Assembly (NCBI GenBank): GCA_026391215.1
Contig: JAPLDX010000017.1
Location: 1 to 49,534 of the forward strand
Direction: 5' to 3'
Length of the DNA stretch: 49,534 nucleotides
Source: Bacteroidia bacterium
Lineage (GTDB): Bacteria; Bacteroidota; Bacteroidia; Bacteroidales; VadinHA17
This document shows positions 9,114 through 19,415 of this stretch, in pieces (within the stretch, counting starts at the first letter, position 1; every line of letters starts with the position of its first letter). Below the pieces are notes generated by a model. That model saw only the letters and a list, made by a program, of their open reading frames with translations, was not told where the DNA came from and searched no databases. Made by a program: the position numbers and the translations under genes.

Positions 9114-11099
9114 ATGAAACGATTCCTTATCCTTATTATTTTACTGGCTGTCGTAGCATCTCCGGAGTCTTCTGCTCAGAAAAGGAAAGCTGACAGAGCA
9201 TATGCGTCATTCGATGCCGGGGAATACTTTGATGCGATCGACTTATTCAAGGACACGTATTCAAAAACCAAAAAATCAGATAAGGTATCCCGTACAGAGC
9301 TTGTATTCATGATTGCCGAATGCTACCGGCTGGTGAATGATCCTAAAAATGCAGAAACATGGTACAAGCTTGCTGTTAAATCAGCGGCCACAAAGCCGGA
9401 GGCTCAGTACTGGTATGCCGAATCGCTGAAGAAGAACGGCAAATATCAGCAGGCTATAGACGAACTGAAAAAATACAAGCAAATCGCTCCTTCGGATGCG
9501 AAGGCAGACCAGGAAATTCGCGCCTGCGAGCTGTCTCTTGAGTGGCAGCGAAATCCGGAAGTATACAGGGTCACCGAACTTAAAGACCTTAATTCAAAGG
9601 AATCTGACTTCAGTCCAGCTTATGGACGCGATGATTTCGGAGTTGTATATTTTACTTCATCTCGGGAGGATGCTGCAGGAAATAAAACACATGGTGCAAC
9701 AGGACAGGGTTATACTGATATTTTTGAGAGCCGTCTCGATAAGAAATCAAAATGGAGCACTCCTGTGCCGGCAGAAGGGATCAACAGCGAATTTGAAGAT
9801 GGAACGCCTTTCTTTACAAGTGATTACAAAGAAATTTATTTTACCAGATGCGAAGCAGGCAAACGGGAAAAGAAGGGTTGTATTATAATGTATTCAAAAA
9901 GATCAGGGGAAAACTGGAGCGAGCCAAAGAACCTTGAAATCCTTCCCGATTCCCTTGTTGCTGCACACCCGGCTTTATCGTCTGACGGACAAACCCTGTA
10001 TTTTGTATCTGACATGGCAGGAGGATCGGGAGGAAAGGATATCTGGATGGTTACACGTACCGGTTCCGGGGGTGCCTGGTCAAAACCAAAGAATCCGGGT
10101 CCGGATATCAATACCCCGGGCAATGAGCTCTTTCCTTACGTAAGAAATGACGGAACACTGTATTTTTCATCAGATGGACTGATAGGAATGGGCGGACTTG
10201 ACATCTTTAAAGCAGCACCTCAACCTGATGGTTCGTGGATAGTTCAGAATATGAAATCGCCGATAAACAGTTCTGCAGACGATTTCGGGATCACCTTTGA
10301 AAATGAAAATGAACGGGGAATTTTCAGCTCAACCCGCAAGGGAAAAAGCAATGACGAGCTTTATGAATTTGAGTTCCCGCCGTTGAGATTCAGCATTACC
10401 GGGCTTGTAAAGGATGAGAAGACCGGAGCTCCGATCACTGCATCGACTGTTTCACTTATTGCCAGTGACGGATCCAACCTTCAAGCAGAAACGGGAGCTG
10501 GCGGGGATTTTAAATTTACCCTGAAACCTGATGTCGATTATATTTTCCTTGCATCAAAAACAGGATACCTGAATGGAAAGGAGAGAGAGACCACCAAAGG
10601 ACAGGAGAAGAGCCGTGAATTCATGGTTACGATACTCCTTACGGCTATCGATAAGCCAATTGAGCTGCCGAATATCTTCTATGACTTCGGGAAATGGGAT
10701 CTGCGTCCTGAATCAATGGTTTCCCTGGATAAGCTTGTAGAGACCCTCAATGACAATCCGAATGTGACTATTGAGCTGATGTCACATACCGATTCACGAG
10801 ATACTGAAGAATACAATTATGATCTTTCTCAGAAACGTGCCCAGTCGGTTGTTCAGTATCTTATTGAAAAAGGTATTGAGCCTGAAAGGCTTTCGGCAAA
10901 AGGATATGGTGAATCAAGTCCCAAGGTCGTTGATGCTTCAGTTGTTTTCCAGGCCTCTTTCCTGAAAACCGGCACCGTTCTTTCTGAACAATATATAAAC
11001 AGCCTGGCCAGTGAGGAGCAGAAGGAGATTGCTCATCAAATAAACAGACGTACCGAGTTCAGAGTGCTGAGAACGGATTATGAAGCGCCGAAGAAATAA
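9114..11099 (+). CDS. PorE-like OmpA-family protein (TPR, PD40 propeller, carboxypeptidase-regulatory-like, OmpA_C domains)
   Basis: Signal peptide, TPRs, PD40 repeats (LYFVSDMAGGSGGKDIW, LYFSSDGLIGMGGLDIF) and OmpA motifs SHTDSR, LSQKRA, NRRTEF. Confidence 0.88.
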   Translation: MKRFLILIILLAVVASPESSAQKRKADRAYASFDAGEYFDAIDLFKDTYSKTKKSDKVSRTELVFMIAECYRLVNDPKNAETWYKLAVKSAATKPEAQYWYAESLKKNGKYQQAIDELKKYKQIAPSDAKADQEIRACELSLEWQRNPEVYRVTELKDLNSKESDFSPAYGRDDFGVVYFTSSREDAAGNKTHGATGQGYTDIFESRLDKKSKWSTPVPAEGINSEFEDGTPFFTSDYKEIYFTRCEAGKREKKGCIIMYSKRSGENWSEPKNLEILPDSLVAAHPALSSDGQTLYFVSDMAGGSGGKDIWMVTRTGSGGAWSKPKNPGPDINTPGNELFPYVRNDGTLYFSSDGLIGMGGLDIFKAAPQPDGSWIVQNMKSPINSSADDFGITFENENERGIFSSTRKGKSNDELYEFEFPPLRFSITGLVKDEKTGAPITASTVSLIASDGSNLQAETGAGGDFKFTLKPDVDYIFLASKTGYLNGKERETTKGQEKSREFMVTILLTAIDKPIELPNIFYDFGKWDLRPESMVSLDKLVETLNDNPNVTIELMSHTDSRDTEEYNYDLSQKRAQSVVQYLIEKGIEPERLSAKGYGESSPKVVDASVVFQASFLKTGTVLSEQYINSLASEEQKEIAHQINRRTEFRVLRTDYEAPKK

Positions 11100-11102
11100 A
11101 CT

Positions 11103-11148
11103 CATGTACCCACCCCCCTGCCCCCTCCCTGCTTCGCAAGGTGGGGGC
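11103..11148. repeat. Single-hairpin (half) copy of the intergenic repeat family
   Basis: catgtacccacccccctgccccctccctgcttcgcaaggtggggg matches the left half of 29671-29788. Confidence 0.7.
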
Positions 11149-11173
11149 GTAGTGTAACTAAAATTGTTTTAAT

Positions 11174-11911
11174 ATGAAGGTTTTACTTATCTCATGGATA
11201 TTAATTCTTACAAATCCTTCTGTCATTTTAGCTGCAAGTCCTCCGGAAACTATCCGGATTCTCGTCATCACCGGTGGTCATGATTACAAAGCGGAACCAT
11301 TCAATAAGATGATGGAAAGTCTTGGTCCAGAGATAGCCTGTAAGTTTGTTGAATTTCCGGCCGCTTATGACATGTTCCTTCCAATAAACCGGAATCGGTA
11401 TGATGTCCTTGTCTTTTACCATATGTGGGATAAGATCACTGATGACCAGGCAAGGGTATTTGCTGAATGCATAAAAAGAGGGAAGCCGGTCGTTGTACTT
11501 CATCACAGTCTCTGTGCATTTGAAAGTTGGCCGGAGTACAGAAACATTATCGGCGGGAAGTATTTTCTCAATCCAACGACTGTAAACGGAAAAGAGTATC
11601 AGGCAGGTTCCTATATTCATGATCTTCATTTCAGTGTAAAGGTCGTTGATCCGAAGCATCCTGTGACAAATGGAGTAGGGGACTTTGAGATCTTTGACGA
11701 GACATATAAGGGTTACTATGTTGCAGATGACGTAACTCCTTTATTGATGACTGATGAATCCAGCAGTGAACAGATTATTGGCTGGGCAAAAAAATATGGC
11801 AAGGCAAGAATCGTGGTTATTCAGAGTGGCCATGATACCCCCACATTCGAGAATCCTGACTATCGCAAGCTGCTGAAGCAGGCAATAGAGTGGGTATACC
11901 GGGATAATTAA
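11174..11911 (+). CDS. ThuA-like (class I glutamine amidotransferase-fold) exported protein
   Basis: Signal peptide plus ILVITGGH, VVVLHH, HPVT, DETY and QSGH motifs. Confidence 0.82.
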   Translation: MKVLLISWILILTNPSVILAASPPETIRILVITGGHDYKAEPFNKMMESLGPEIACKFVEFPAAYDMFLPINRNRYDVLVFYHMWDKITDDQARVFAECIKRGKPVVVLHHSLCAFESWPEYRNIIGGKYFLNPTTVNGKEYQAGSYIHDLHFSVKVVDPKHPVTNGVGDFEIFDETYKGYYVADDVTPLLMTDESSSEQIIGWAKKYGKARIVVIQSGHDTPTFENPDYRKLLKQAIEWVYRDN

Positions 11912-11966
11912 TCCATTGTTGCCTGTCGCCTCTTTTTCATATCTTTACATTCTCATTATTTATTAC

Positions 11967-12965
11967 ATGCCCACCGAATCGAAATACTCCAAACGCGGCG
12001 TTTCTTCACAAAAAGAGGATGTCCATGCCGCCATTAAAAACATCGATAAAGGCCTTTATCCCAAGGCATTCTGTAAGATCGTCCCTGACCTGCTCGGAGG
12101 CGATAAGGAATACTGCAACATAATGAACAAAAAACTGATCCCGGGAGAAGTTATCTCGGCAATAATAAACGGTGCAGAAGAATTTATTCAGAAACTCAGG
12201 GATCTCGGAATAGGGATCTTTTCCACAGGCGGGGAAACAGCCGATGTCGGCGACCTGGTAAGAACAATTATTGTTGATTCAACTGTTGCTGCCAGGATGA
12301 AGCGTAAGGATGTCATTTCAAATCATAATATCAGAGCAGGGGATATTATCATAGGCCTTGCCTCATCTGGCCAGACCACATACGAAGATGAGTACAACAC
12401 CGGGATGGGAAGCAACGGACTTACATCCGCCCGGCATGATGTTTTTTCTAAATATCTTGCCTCAAAATATCCTGAGAGCTTTGATCCGTCACTTACTAAA
12501 GATCTCTTTTACTCAGGAAAGATTGAACTTACCGACCCGATAAAAGGCCTGAACATTAATGCAGGCAGGATGGTGCTTTCACCCACCAGGACCTATGCTC
12601 CGGTTGTGAAAAAAATAACAGAAGTAATGCGCTCTGAAATACACGGCATGATCCACTGTTCGGGGGGAGGACAAACCAAAATACTTCATTTTGTTGATAA
12701 TCTGCATGTTGTGAAGAACAATATGTTCCCGCTCCCTCCTTTGTTCAGGATTATCCATGAAGAATCCGGAACCGACTGGAAGGAAATGTACCAGGTATTC
12801 AATATGGGCCACAGGTTCGAAATCTATACTGATAAAAAAAATGCTGAAGAAATAATCAGTATTGCTGCGAGCTTCAATCTTGAAGCCAGAATTGTAGGTC
12901 AATGTAAAGCCTCAGATAATAAGAGACTCACTATTGTTTCTGAATTTGGTAACTTTGAATACTAA
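11967..12965 (+). CDS. purM: Phosphoribosylformylglycinamidine cyclo-ligase (AIR synthase), Bacteroidota type, with an apparent in-frame internal deletion
   Basis: RGVSSQKEDVHAAIKNIDKG, GGETADVGD, SNGLTSARH, HCSGGGQTK and MYQVFNMGHR motifs. Only 332 aa: the HADGAGTK...STIGR block is absent at the 12125/12126 junction. Confidence 0.9.
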   Translation: MPTESKYSKRGVSSQKEDVHAAIKNIDKGLYPKAFCKIVPDLLGGDKEYCNIMNKKLIPGEVISAIINGAEEFIQKLRDLGIGIFSTGGETADVGDLVRTIIVDSTVAARMKRKDVISNHNIRAGDIIIGLASSGQTTYEDEYNTGMGSNGLTSARHDVFSKYLASKYPESFDPSLTKDLFYSGKIELTDPIKGLNINAGRMVLSPTRTYAPVVKKITEVMRSEIHGMIHCSGGGQTKILHFVDNLHVVKNNMFPLPPLFRIIHEESGTDWKEMYQVFNMGHRFEIYTDKKNAEEIISIAASFNLEARIVGQCKASDNKRLTIVSEFGNFEY

Positions 12966-12968
12966 ATT

Positions 12969-13053
12969 TCTCCCCTTCTCGCCCTCTCTCCCTCTTCCTC
13001 TCCTTCTTCAGGTCTTTATTCTCTTGTTCCTTTATGCCGTTGTACCATTGTAC
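12969..13053. repeat. Degenerate 8-bp-period tandem repeat tract
   Basis: tctcccct/tctcgccc/tctctccc, then tgccgttg/taccattg/tacc. Confidence 0.55.
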
Positions 13054-13089
13054 CTTTTTATTATCTTTGCCCACTGAAAATTAAAATCC

Positions 13090-14175
13090 ATGGCCGGTAA
13101 TTTTTTACTTGAGAAGCTTGAAGGAGTGAAGCAGAGATTCATTGAGGTGGGAAACCTTCTGACTCAACAGGAGGTGCTTTCGGATATGGAACGCTATGTC
13201 GGTCTGAACAAGGAATATAAAAGCCTTCAGCCGATTATTGAGGCCTATGAAAGATATAAGCTTGCTCTTACAAATATTTCAAGTACTAAGGAATTGCTTG
13301 GTAAGGAGAAGGATGAAGAGATGAGGGAGATGGCCAAAGCTGAGCTGGAAGCACTGAATACACAGATCCCTGAGATGGAGGAAGAGATAAAAATGCTTCT
13401 TATTCCGGTCGATCCAGAAGATGAAAAGAATGCCGTGGTTGAGATCAGGGCAGGTACTGGCGGCGATGAGGCCAGTATCTTTGCGGGTGATCTTTTCAGG
13501 ATGTATTCAAAGTTCTTTGAGCAAAAAGGGTGGAAGGCTGAAGTGAACCGGTGCTCCGAAGGAACTGCCGGAGGCTATAAGGAAATAGTAATGAGCGTGT
13601 CAGGTGATGGCGTATATGGTCTTATGAAATATGAATCGGGTGTTCACCGTGTTCAGAGAGTTCCGCAGACTGAGACACAGGGGCGTATCCATACATCGGC
13701 AGCTTCAGTTGTTGTACTGCCTGAAGCTGATGAATTTGATATCGTAATAAGAAATGAGGATATCAGGAAAGATACATATTGTTCTTCAGGACCAGGAGGA
13801 CAGTCAGTAAACACGACTTATTCCGCAATCCGGCTTACCCATGTTCCAACAGGCATAGTTGTTACCTGCCAGGATGAGAAATCACAGATAAAAAACTATG
13901 ATAAAGCACTGAAAGAATTAAGAACACGGCTTTATAACCTTGAATACCAGAAATATCTTGACGATGTTTCTCGCCGCAGGAAGACCATGGTCTCGACAGG
14001 TGACAGATCCGCCAAGATACGAACATACAACTATCCGCAGGGCAGGATGACCGATCACAGGATCGGACTTACAATGTATAACCTTCCGTCAATACTCGAT
14101 GGTAATATCCATGAGGTGATTGATAAACTGCAAATGGCAGAAAACACAGAACGGCTTAAGGATAGCAATATTTAA
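13090..14175 (+). CDS. prfA: Peptide chain release factor 1
   Basis: GGQ motif, PxT (PQT) stop-codon recognition motif, EIRAGTGGDEA, RTYNYPQGR. TATCTTTG -7 element at 13062-13069. Confidence 0.97.
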   Translation: MAGNFLLEKLEGVKQRFIEVGNLLTQQEVLSDMERYVGLNKEYKSLQPIIEAYERYKLALTNISSTKELLGKEKDEEMREMAKAELEALNTQIPEMEEEIKMLLIPVDPEDEKNAVVEIRAGTGGDEASIFAGDLFRMYSKFFEQKGWKAEVNRCSEGTAGGYKEIVMSVSGDGVYGLMKYESGVHRVQRVPQTETQGRIHTSAASVVVLPEADEFDIVIRNEDIRKDTYCSSGPGGQSVNTTYSAIRLTHVPTGIVVTCQDEKSQIKNYDKALKELRTRLYNLEYQKYLDDVSRRRKTMVSTGDRSAKIRTYNYPQGRMTDHRIGLTMYNLPSILDGNIHEVIDKLQMAENTERLKDSNI

Positions 14176-14184
14176 AATCTGATT

Positions 14185-15012
14185 ATGAATCATTTACAGA
14201 TATTCAGCAACATCGTTCAGAAAAGATCATTCCTTTGTGTTGGTCTGGATACGGAATTTGAAAAGATTCCTTCCATTCTGAAAATAGAAAAAGACCCGGT
14301 ATTTGAATTCAACAAACGGATCATAGATGCTACTCATGAATACGCTGTCGCCTACAAGCCGAATATAGCATTTTACGAATCCGCTGGTGCAGCCGGATGG
14401 ATCTCCCTTGAATCTACAGTAAAGTATATTAAAAAGAAGCATCCCGGCATTTTTGTAATTGCAGATGCCAAACGCGGTGATATAGGCAATACTTCAAAAA
14501 TGTATGCAAAGGCTTTTCTTGAGAATATGCCGTTTGATGCAATTACAGTTGCACCTTATATGGGTGAGGATTCAATAACTCCTTTCCTTTCCTATGATGA
14601 AAAATGGGTGGTTCTTCTTGCTCTGACTTCAAATAAGGGAGCAGATGATTTTCAGTATCATAATGAGGATGGCATCAAGCTTTTCGAAAGAGTTCTTACT
14701 GTATCCCAGAAATGGGGAACAACAGATAACCTGATGTATGTCGTCGGTGCCACACGTGCCGAAATGATAAAGGATATCAGGAAAATAGTGCCCGATCATT
14801 TTCTTCTTGTCCCGGGTGTAGGAGCCCAGGGTGGAAGCCTGGCCGAAGTGGCAAAATACGGGCTTAACAATAAATGCGGCCTCCTGGTGAATTCGTCAAG
14901 GGGTATCATCTTTGCCGATAATACAGAGAATTTTGCAAAAGTTGCAGGTGAAAAGGCAAGGGAGATCCAGCAGGAAATGGAAGGATACCTCTCAGAAAGA
15001 AACCTTATCTAA
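14185..15012 (+). CDS. pyrF: Orotidine-5'-phosphate decarboxylase
   Basis: [26 protein letters not shown] and NSSRGI motifs. Confidence 0.96.
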   Translation: MNHLQIFSNIVQKRSFLCVGLDTEFEKIPSILKIEKDPVFEFNKRIIDATHEYAVAYKPNIAFYESAGAAGWISLESTVKYIKKKHPGIFVIADAKRGDIGNTSKMYAKAFLENMPFDAITVAPYMGEDSITPFLSYDEKWVVLLALTSNKGADDFQYHNEDGIKLFERVLTVSQKWGTTDNLMYVVGATRAEMIKDIRKIVPDHFLLVPGVGAQGGSLAEVAKYGLNNKCGLLVNSSRGIIFADNTENFAKVAGEKAREIQQEMEGYLSERNLI

Positions 15013-15027
15013 TCATAATATTTTTTC

Positions 15028-15062
15028 CCCGTTGTGCCGTTGTGCCATTGCACAATTGTGCC
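15028..15062. repeat. 8-bp tandem repeat (ccgttgtg-like, about 4 units)
   Basis: ccgttgtg ccgttgtg ccattgca caattgtg cc. Related to the units at 13035-13053. Confidence 0.65.
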
Positions 15063-15109
15063 TTTCTATTTATCTTTATATCCTCGCTATAGTATTAATT
15101 CGTGCTGTC

Positions 15110-16432
15110 ATGAAAGAAGAATTCCTGCATTATCTGTGGAAATATAGTCTATATGATCCTGATAAACTTATTGATAATGAGGGCAATAAGATAATAGTTA
15201 AGAATCCTGGTGAATATAATCGTGATTCGGGCCCTGATTTCTTCAATGCCAGACTTTATATAGCCGGAACTGAATGGGCCGGTAATGTTGAGATGCACAC
15301 GCTCTCATCACATTTCGATAACCATGGACATAATCACGATCCGTCTTTTGATAATGTCATCCTTCACGTCGTGGCAGAGAATGATAAACAGGTCTTTAAT
15401 TCAAAAGGAGAGGAAGTGCTGACCTCTGAAATAACTTTTAATCCGTTGCTTTTTGAAAAATATACTGATCTTATCAATAATCCTTTTGTGATTGCCTGTC
15501 AGCCAGGGATAGGAAGTCTGGACAGTTTTTTTATCCTGCACTGGCTTAGTACACTGGTGGTTGAAAGGCTGGAAGAGAAATCGGAGCAGATACTTAAGAT
15601 CTTTTCAGAAACAGGCAATGACTGGGAAGAAACATTTTACCGGATCCTTACCCGTTATTTTGGATTCAGGGTAAATACCGAACCATTTGAAATGCTGGCT
15701 TCATCACTTCCCTTCAGGATAATACGTAAGCATGCCGACAACCGGTTCCAGATTGAGGCATTGCTGTTTGGCACTGCAGGCTTGCTCGATGAAGGTCTTT
15801 TCAAAGAGGCGGTCAACGATGATTTCTACATTGATATGATCAGGGAATACAGGATACTATCTGCCAAATATTCTCTCCGGCAATTACATGGCTGGATATG
15901 GAAGTTCGCACGGCTGCGTCCGGCAAATTTTCCCACCATACGATTATCGCAGCTGGCAGCAATGCTTGCTGTCACGGGAGGCTTGTTTTCTAAGATACTG
16001 GAATGCAGTGATATAAAACAGCTGAAGGCTGTTTTTGAGATTACAGCATCAGAGTACTGGGACGACCATTTTGTCTTCGGGAAGAAAAGCAGATCATATG
16101 CAAAGACCACCGGTTCGCAGGCAGCTGATATATTTCTTATCAATGCAGTTATCCCAGCAATATTTGTTTATGGCAGATACAGGGATTCCGTTGAAATCTG
16201 TGAAAAGGCTGTTTCCTTCCTTGAGAAGATAGATCCTGAGGTAAACTCAATAATTGAGGAATGGCAATCTGCAGGCATTACAGCAGAGTCAGCATTTTAT
16301 ACGCAGGCGCTCATCCATCTCAGGAATAACTACTGCAGGAAAAGAAAATGCCTTGATTGCAGGATCGGCGCGAAGCTGATCAGTCTTGGCCTGACTTTCA
16401 AGAATCAGGATGAGCTGATGCTTGAACCTTAA
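15110..16432 (+). CDS. DUF2851 family protein
   Basis: MKEEFLHYLWK start, GPDFFNA, WAGNVEMH, VILHVV, RLRPANFPTIRL and C-terminal C..K.C..C.IG. Start moved to the ATG at 15110. Confidence 0.88.
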   Translation: MKEEFLHYLWKYSLYDPDKLIDNEGNKIIVKNPGEYNRDSGPDFFNARLYIAGTEWAGNVEMHTLSSHFDNHGHNHDPSFDNVILHVVAENDKQVFNSKGEEVLTSEITFNPLLFEKYTDLINNPFVIACQPGIGSLDSFFILHWLSTLVVERLEEKSEQILKIFSETGNDWEETFYRILTRYFGFRVNTEPFEMLASSLPFRIIRKHADNRFQIEALLFGTAGLLDEGLFKEAVNDDFYIDMIREYRILSAKYSLRQLHGWIWKFARLRPANFPTIRLSQLAAMLAVTGGLFSKILECSDIKQLKAVFEITASEYWDDHFVFGKKSRSYAKTTGSQAADIFLINAVIPAIFVYGRYRDSVEICEKAVSFLEKIDPEVNSIIEEWQSAGITAESAFYTQALIHLRNNYCRKRKCLDCRIGAKLISLGLTFKNQDELMLEP

Positions 16433-16700
16433 TCTCACTTTTGACGAATGGCTGGATTTGTTTGATAAACAGACGAATAATTCCATGATTATACGCAACG
16501 AAACGTGTCTCTTTTACGTCTTTAGATTAGACAGAGGCAATTTTTTTATGATCAAAGCGTTTCTGAAAAAGTAATCATAGGAAGAATAATTTTAAAAATA
16601 TTCCAAATTGTTAGATAGTTTACATAAAAAAGCCTTATTTTTGCGTTCCAAAATTGGAGACTCGATTTATATTTGGATTAATAACATTTTAATTAGAGAC

Positions 16701-16970
16701 ATGTACTTGACCACTGAGAAAAAGCAGGAGTTTTTCAAAAGCTTTGGAACGTCAGATATTGATACTGGAACAGCTGAAGGCCAGATAGCCTTGTTTTCAT
16801 ACAGAATCAATCATCTTACCGAACATCTGAAAAAGAATAAGAAAGATTTCAGTACCCAGCAGGCTTTGATAAAGCTGGTAGGGAAGAGAAGAAGGCTTCT
16901 TGACTACCTTAGAGTTAAAGATATAGCACGATATCGTGAAATCATAAAAGCTTTGAAATTACGTAAATAG
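16701..16970 (+). CDS. rpsO: 30S ribosomal protein S15
   Basis: 89 aa with DTGTAEGQIALFSYRINHLTEHL and LVGKRRRLLDYL. -7 element TATTTTTG at 16636-16643. Confidence 0.97.
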   Translation: MYLTTEKKQEFFKSFGTSDIDTGTAEGQIALFSYRINHLTEHLKKNKKDFSTQQALIKLVGKRRRLLDYLRVKDIARYREIIKALKLRK

Positions 16971-16972
16971 AG

Positions 16973-17000
16973 AAAAAGGCAATCCAAAATTGCCTTTTTT
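16973..17000 (+). terminator. Intrinsic terminator between rpsO and pnp
   Basis: aaaaaggcaat-ccaaa-attgcctttttt. Confidence 0.8.
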
Positions 17001-17051
17001 CATACTATTTTTATATAATGTAATTTCGAAAAATCATAAATCATATTTATA

Positions 17052-19214
17052 ATGTTTAAAGTAAAAGAAAAGACTATTGATCTCGGCGACGGGAGACAAA
17101 TAGTACTGGAAACAGGTAAACTCGCCAGACAGGCTGACGGGGCTGTCCTGTTAAAAATGGGAAAAACAATGCTGCTGGCGTCAGTTGTCGCAGCAAAAGA
17201 GGCAAAGGAAGACACTGACTTCATGCCTCTTTCAGTAGAATACAAAGAGAAGTACGCTTCATCCGGCAGGATACCGGGAGGATTTCTGAAAAGGGAATCC
17301 AGGCCATCTGATTATGAGATCCTCATATCAAGGCTGGTTGACAGGGCATTGCGTCCTCTCTTCCCGGCTGATTTTCATGCAGAGACTTTTGTCACAATCA
17401 ATCTTATTTCAGCTGACACTGATATCATTCCGGATGCAATGGCAGGGCTTGCTGCTTCAGCAGCACTGACAATCTCTGATGTTCCTTTCAACGGACCTAT
17501 TTCAGAAGTAAGAGTAGCAAGGATAAACAAACAGTTTGTCATCAATCCGACAGCCACTCAGCTTAAAGAAGCTGATATTGACCTGATGGTCGGTGCAACT
17601 TATGATAATATCCTTATGGTTGAAGGTGAAATGAAAGAGGTGTCGGAAGCAGAAATGCTTGAAGCGCTCAGGATCGCACATGAAACCATAAAGATTCACT
17701 GTAAGGCACAGATGGATTTTGCAAAGGAGATAGGAAGTCCGGCAAAACGTGAATATTGCCATGAAGTCAATGACGAGGAGCTGAAGAAGAAAGTCTGGGA
17801 TGAGACTTATAACAAGTGTTACCAGGCTGCGAAATCATCCACGGCAGATAAGCATAAAAGGCAGGATGCCTTTGAGGCTGTTATAGCGGAATTCCTCTCA
17901 CAGTATACTGAAGAAGATGCAATCGATAAAGTTCTTGTCAGAAAATATTATCACGATGTCCTTAAGGAGGCAGCCCGCAGGCTGGTGCTTGATGAACAAA
18001 CCAGGCTTGATGGCAGAAAGCCGGATGAGATACGTCCGATAGTATGCGAAATAGATCCTCTTCCCGCCACCCATGGATCAGCTTTGTTCACAAGGGGCGA
18101 GACACAGTCTCTTACTACAGTTACCCTGGGAACCAAGCTGGATGAGAAGATCATTGATGATGTTCTGAACCAGGGGTCGGAGAAATTTACCCTGCACTAT
18201 AACTTTCCGCCATTTGCAACCGGTGAGGCAAAACCTGCCAGGGGAATAAGCAGAAGAGAGATAGGACACGGGAACCTTGCACACAGGGCACTAAAGTGCG
18301 TGATGCCTACTGATGACGAAAATCCATATGCCATAAGGGTAGTTTCAGATATTCTCGAATCAAACGGGTCATCGTCAATGGCCACAGTATGTGCAGCCAC
18401 ATTGGCGCTTATGGATGCAGGTATCCAGATACGCAAACCCGTATCAGGAATTGCAATGGGTCTCATAACAGATAAGGATACAAAGAAATATGCTATCCTC
18501 TCAGATATCCTGGGTGATGAAGATCATCTCGGAGATATGGATTTCAAAGTTGCAGGTACCCGCGATGGTATAACTGCAACACAGATGGATATTAAGGTAG
18601 AGGGCCTCTCTTTTGAAATACTGTCACAGGCTCTTGAACAGGCAAAAACGGGCAGGATACACATTCTTAAAATAATGAATGACTGTATCTCTGAACCTCG
18701 TCCTGAGCTGAAACCTCATGCCCCGAGGATTGAAATGCTTTCAATACCGAAAGATATGATTGGCGCTCTCATCGGCCCCGGAGGAAAAGTGATACAGGAA
18801 ATACAGCGTGTTACCGGCGCAACTATTATTGTGGAAGAAATTGATGGTCGTGGTGATGTGAATGTCTTCGGAGAAAACAAGGAGATAATAACCGCTGCAG
18901 TCGAATGGATCAAGAAAATTGTGACTGTGCCTGAAGTTGGACAGGTATATAAAGGAAAAGTAAAAACCATTGTTCAATTTGGCGCATTTGTCGAGATCCT
19001 GCCTAATAAAGATGGGTTGCTTCACATTTCGGAGATTGACTGGAAAAAAGTACAGAAGGTCGAAGATATCCTCAAAGTAGGAGATGAAATAGAGGTCAAG
19101 CTTATTGAAGTCGATCAAAAAACCGGAAAGCTTAAACTCTCAAGAAAGGCACTACTGCCCCGTCCTCCGAAACCGGAGCCTGAAAACAAAAAACCTGAGG
19201 ATCAGAATAAATAA
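17052..19214 (+). CDS. pnp: Polyribonucleotide nucleotidyltransferase
   Basis: Two RNase PH domains, [34 protein letters not shown] and S1 domains. Located downstream of rpsO. Confidence 0.97.
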   Translation: MFKVKEKTIDLGDGRQIVLETGKLARQADGAVLLKMGKTMLLASVVAAKEAKEDTDFMPLSVEYKEKYASSGRIPGGFLKRESRPSDYEILISRLVDRALRPLFPADFHAETFVTINLISADTDIIPDAMAGLAASAALTISDVPFNGPISEVRVARINKQFVINPTATQLKEADIDLMVGATYDNILMVEGEMKEVSEAEMLEALRIAHETIKIHCKAQMDFAKEIGSPAKREYCHEVNDEELKKKVWDETYNKCYQAAKSSTADKHKRQDAFEAVIAEFLSQYTEEDAIDKVLVRKYYHDVLKEAARRLVLDEQTRLDGRKPDEIRPIVCEIDPLPATHGSALFTRGETQSLTTVTLGTKLDEKIIDDVLNQGSEKFTLHYNFPPFATGEAKPARGISRREIGHGNLAHRALKCVMPTDDENPYAIRVVSDILESNGSSSMATVCAATLALMDAGIQIRKPVSGIAMGLITDKDTKKYAILSDILGDEDHLGDMDFKVAGTRDGITATQMDIKVEGLSFEILSQALEQAKTGRIHILKIMNDCISEPRPELKPHAPRIEMLSIPKDMIGALIGPGGKVIQEIQRVTGATIIVEEIDGRGDVNVFGENKEIITAAVEWIKKIVTVPEVGQVYKGKVKTIVQFGAFVEILPNKDGLLHISEIDWKKVQKVEDILKVGDEIEVKLIEVDQKTGKLKLSRKALLPRPPKPEPENKKPEDQNK

Positions 19215-19217
19215 GAA

Positions 19218-19331
19218 ACCCCCTGGCCCTTCGGACACTCCCCCTGAAGGGATAGAAAGTCGCGTTGTTTCATTACTAACAATATAAAGTACAGGCATTT
19301 ATCCCCCCTTCCAGGGGGGACAAAGAGGGGT
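19218..19331. repeat. Double-hairpin intergenic repeat element
   Basis: accccctggccc...cccctgaaggga, an AT spacer, then tcccccttccagggggga..gaggggt, with terminal acccc/ggggt. Confidence 0.6.
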
Positions 19332-19415
19332 CGTTTTTCCGAAATTAATTATCAGTTATTGTAATTCCCTTTCCAATTCCTAAATTTGATAATTAAACCG
19401 GAATTGTTTCAAAGG

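Noticed and set aside
14912-15109. N-terminal extension of DUF2851 given by the ORF track (similar extensions for purM, rpsO, GH3 and the csp gene)
   Set aside because: The extensions overlap upstream genes, repeats or promoters. Family-typical starts lie at the downstream ATGs.
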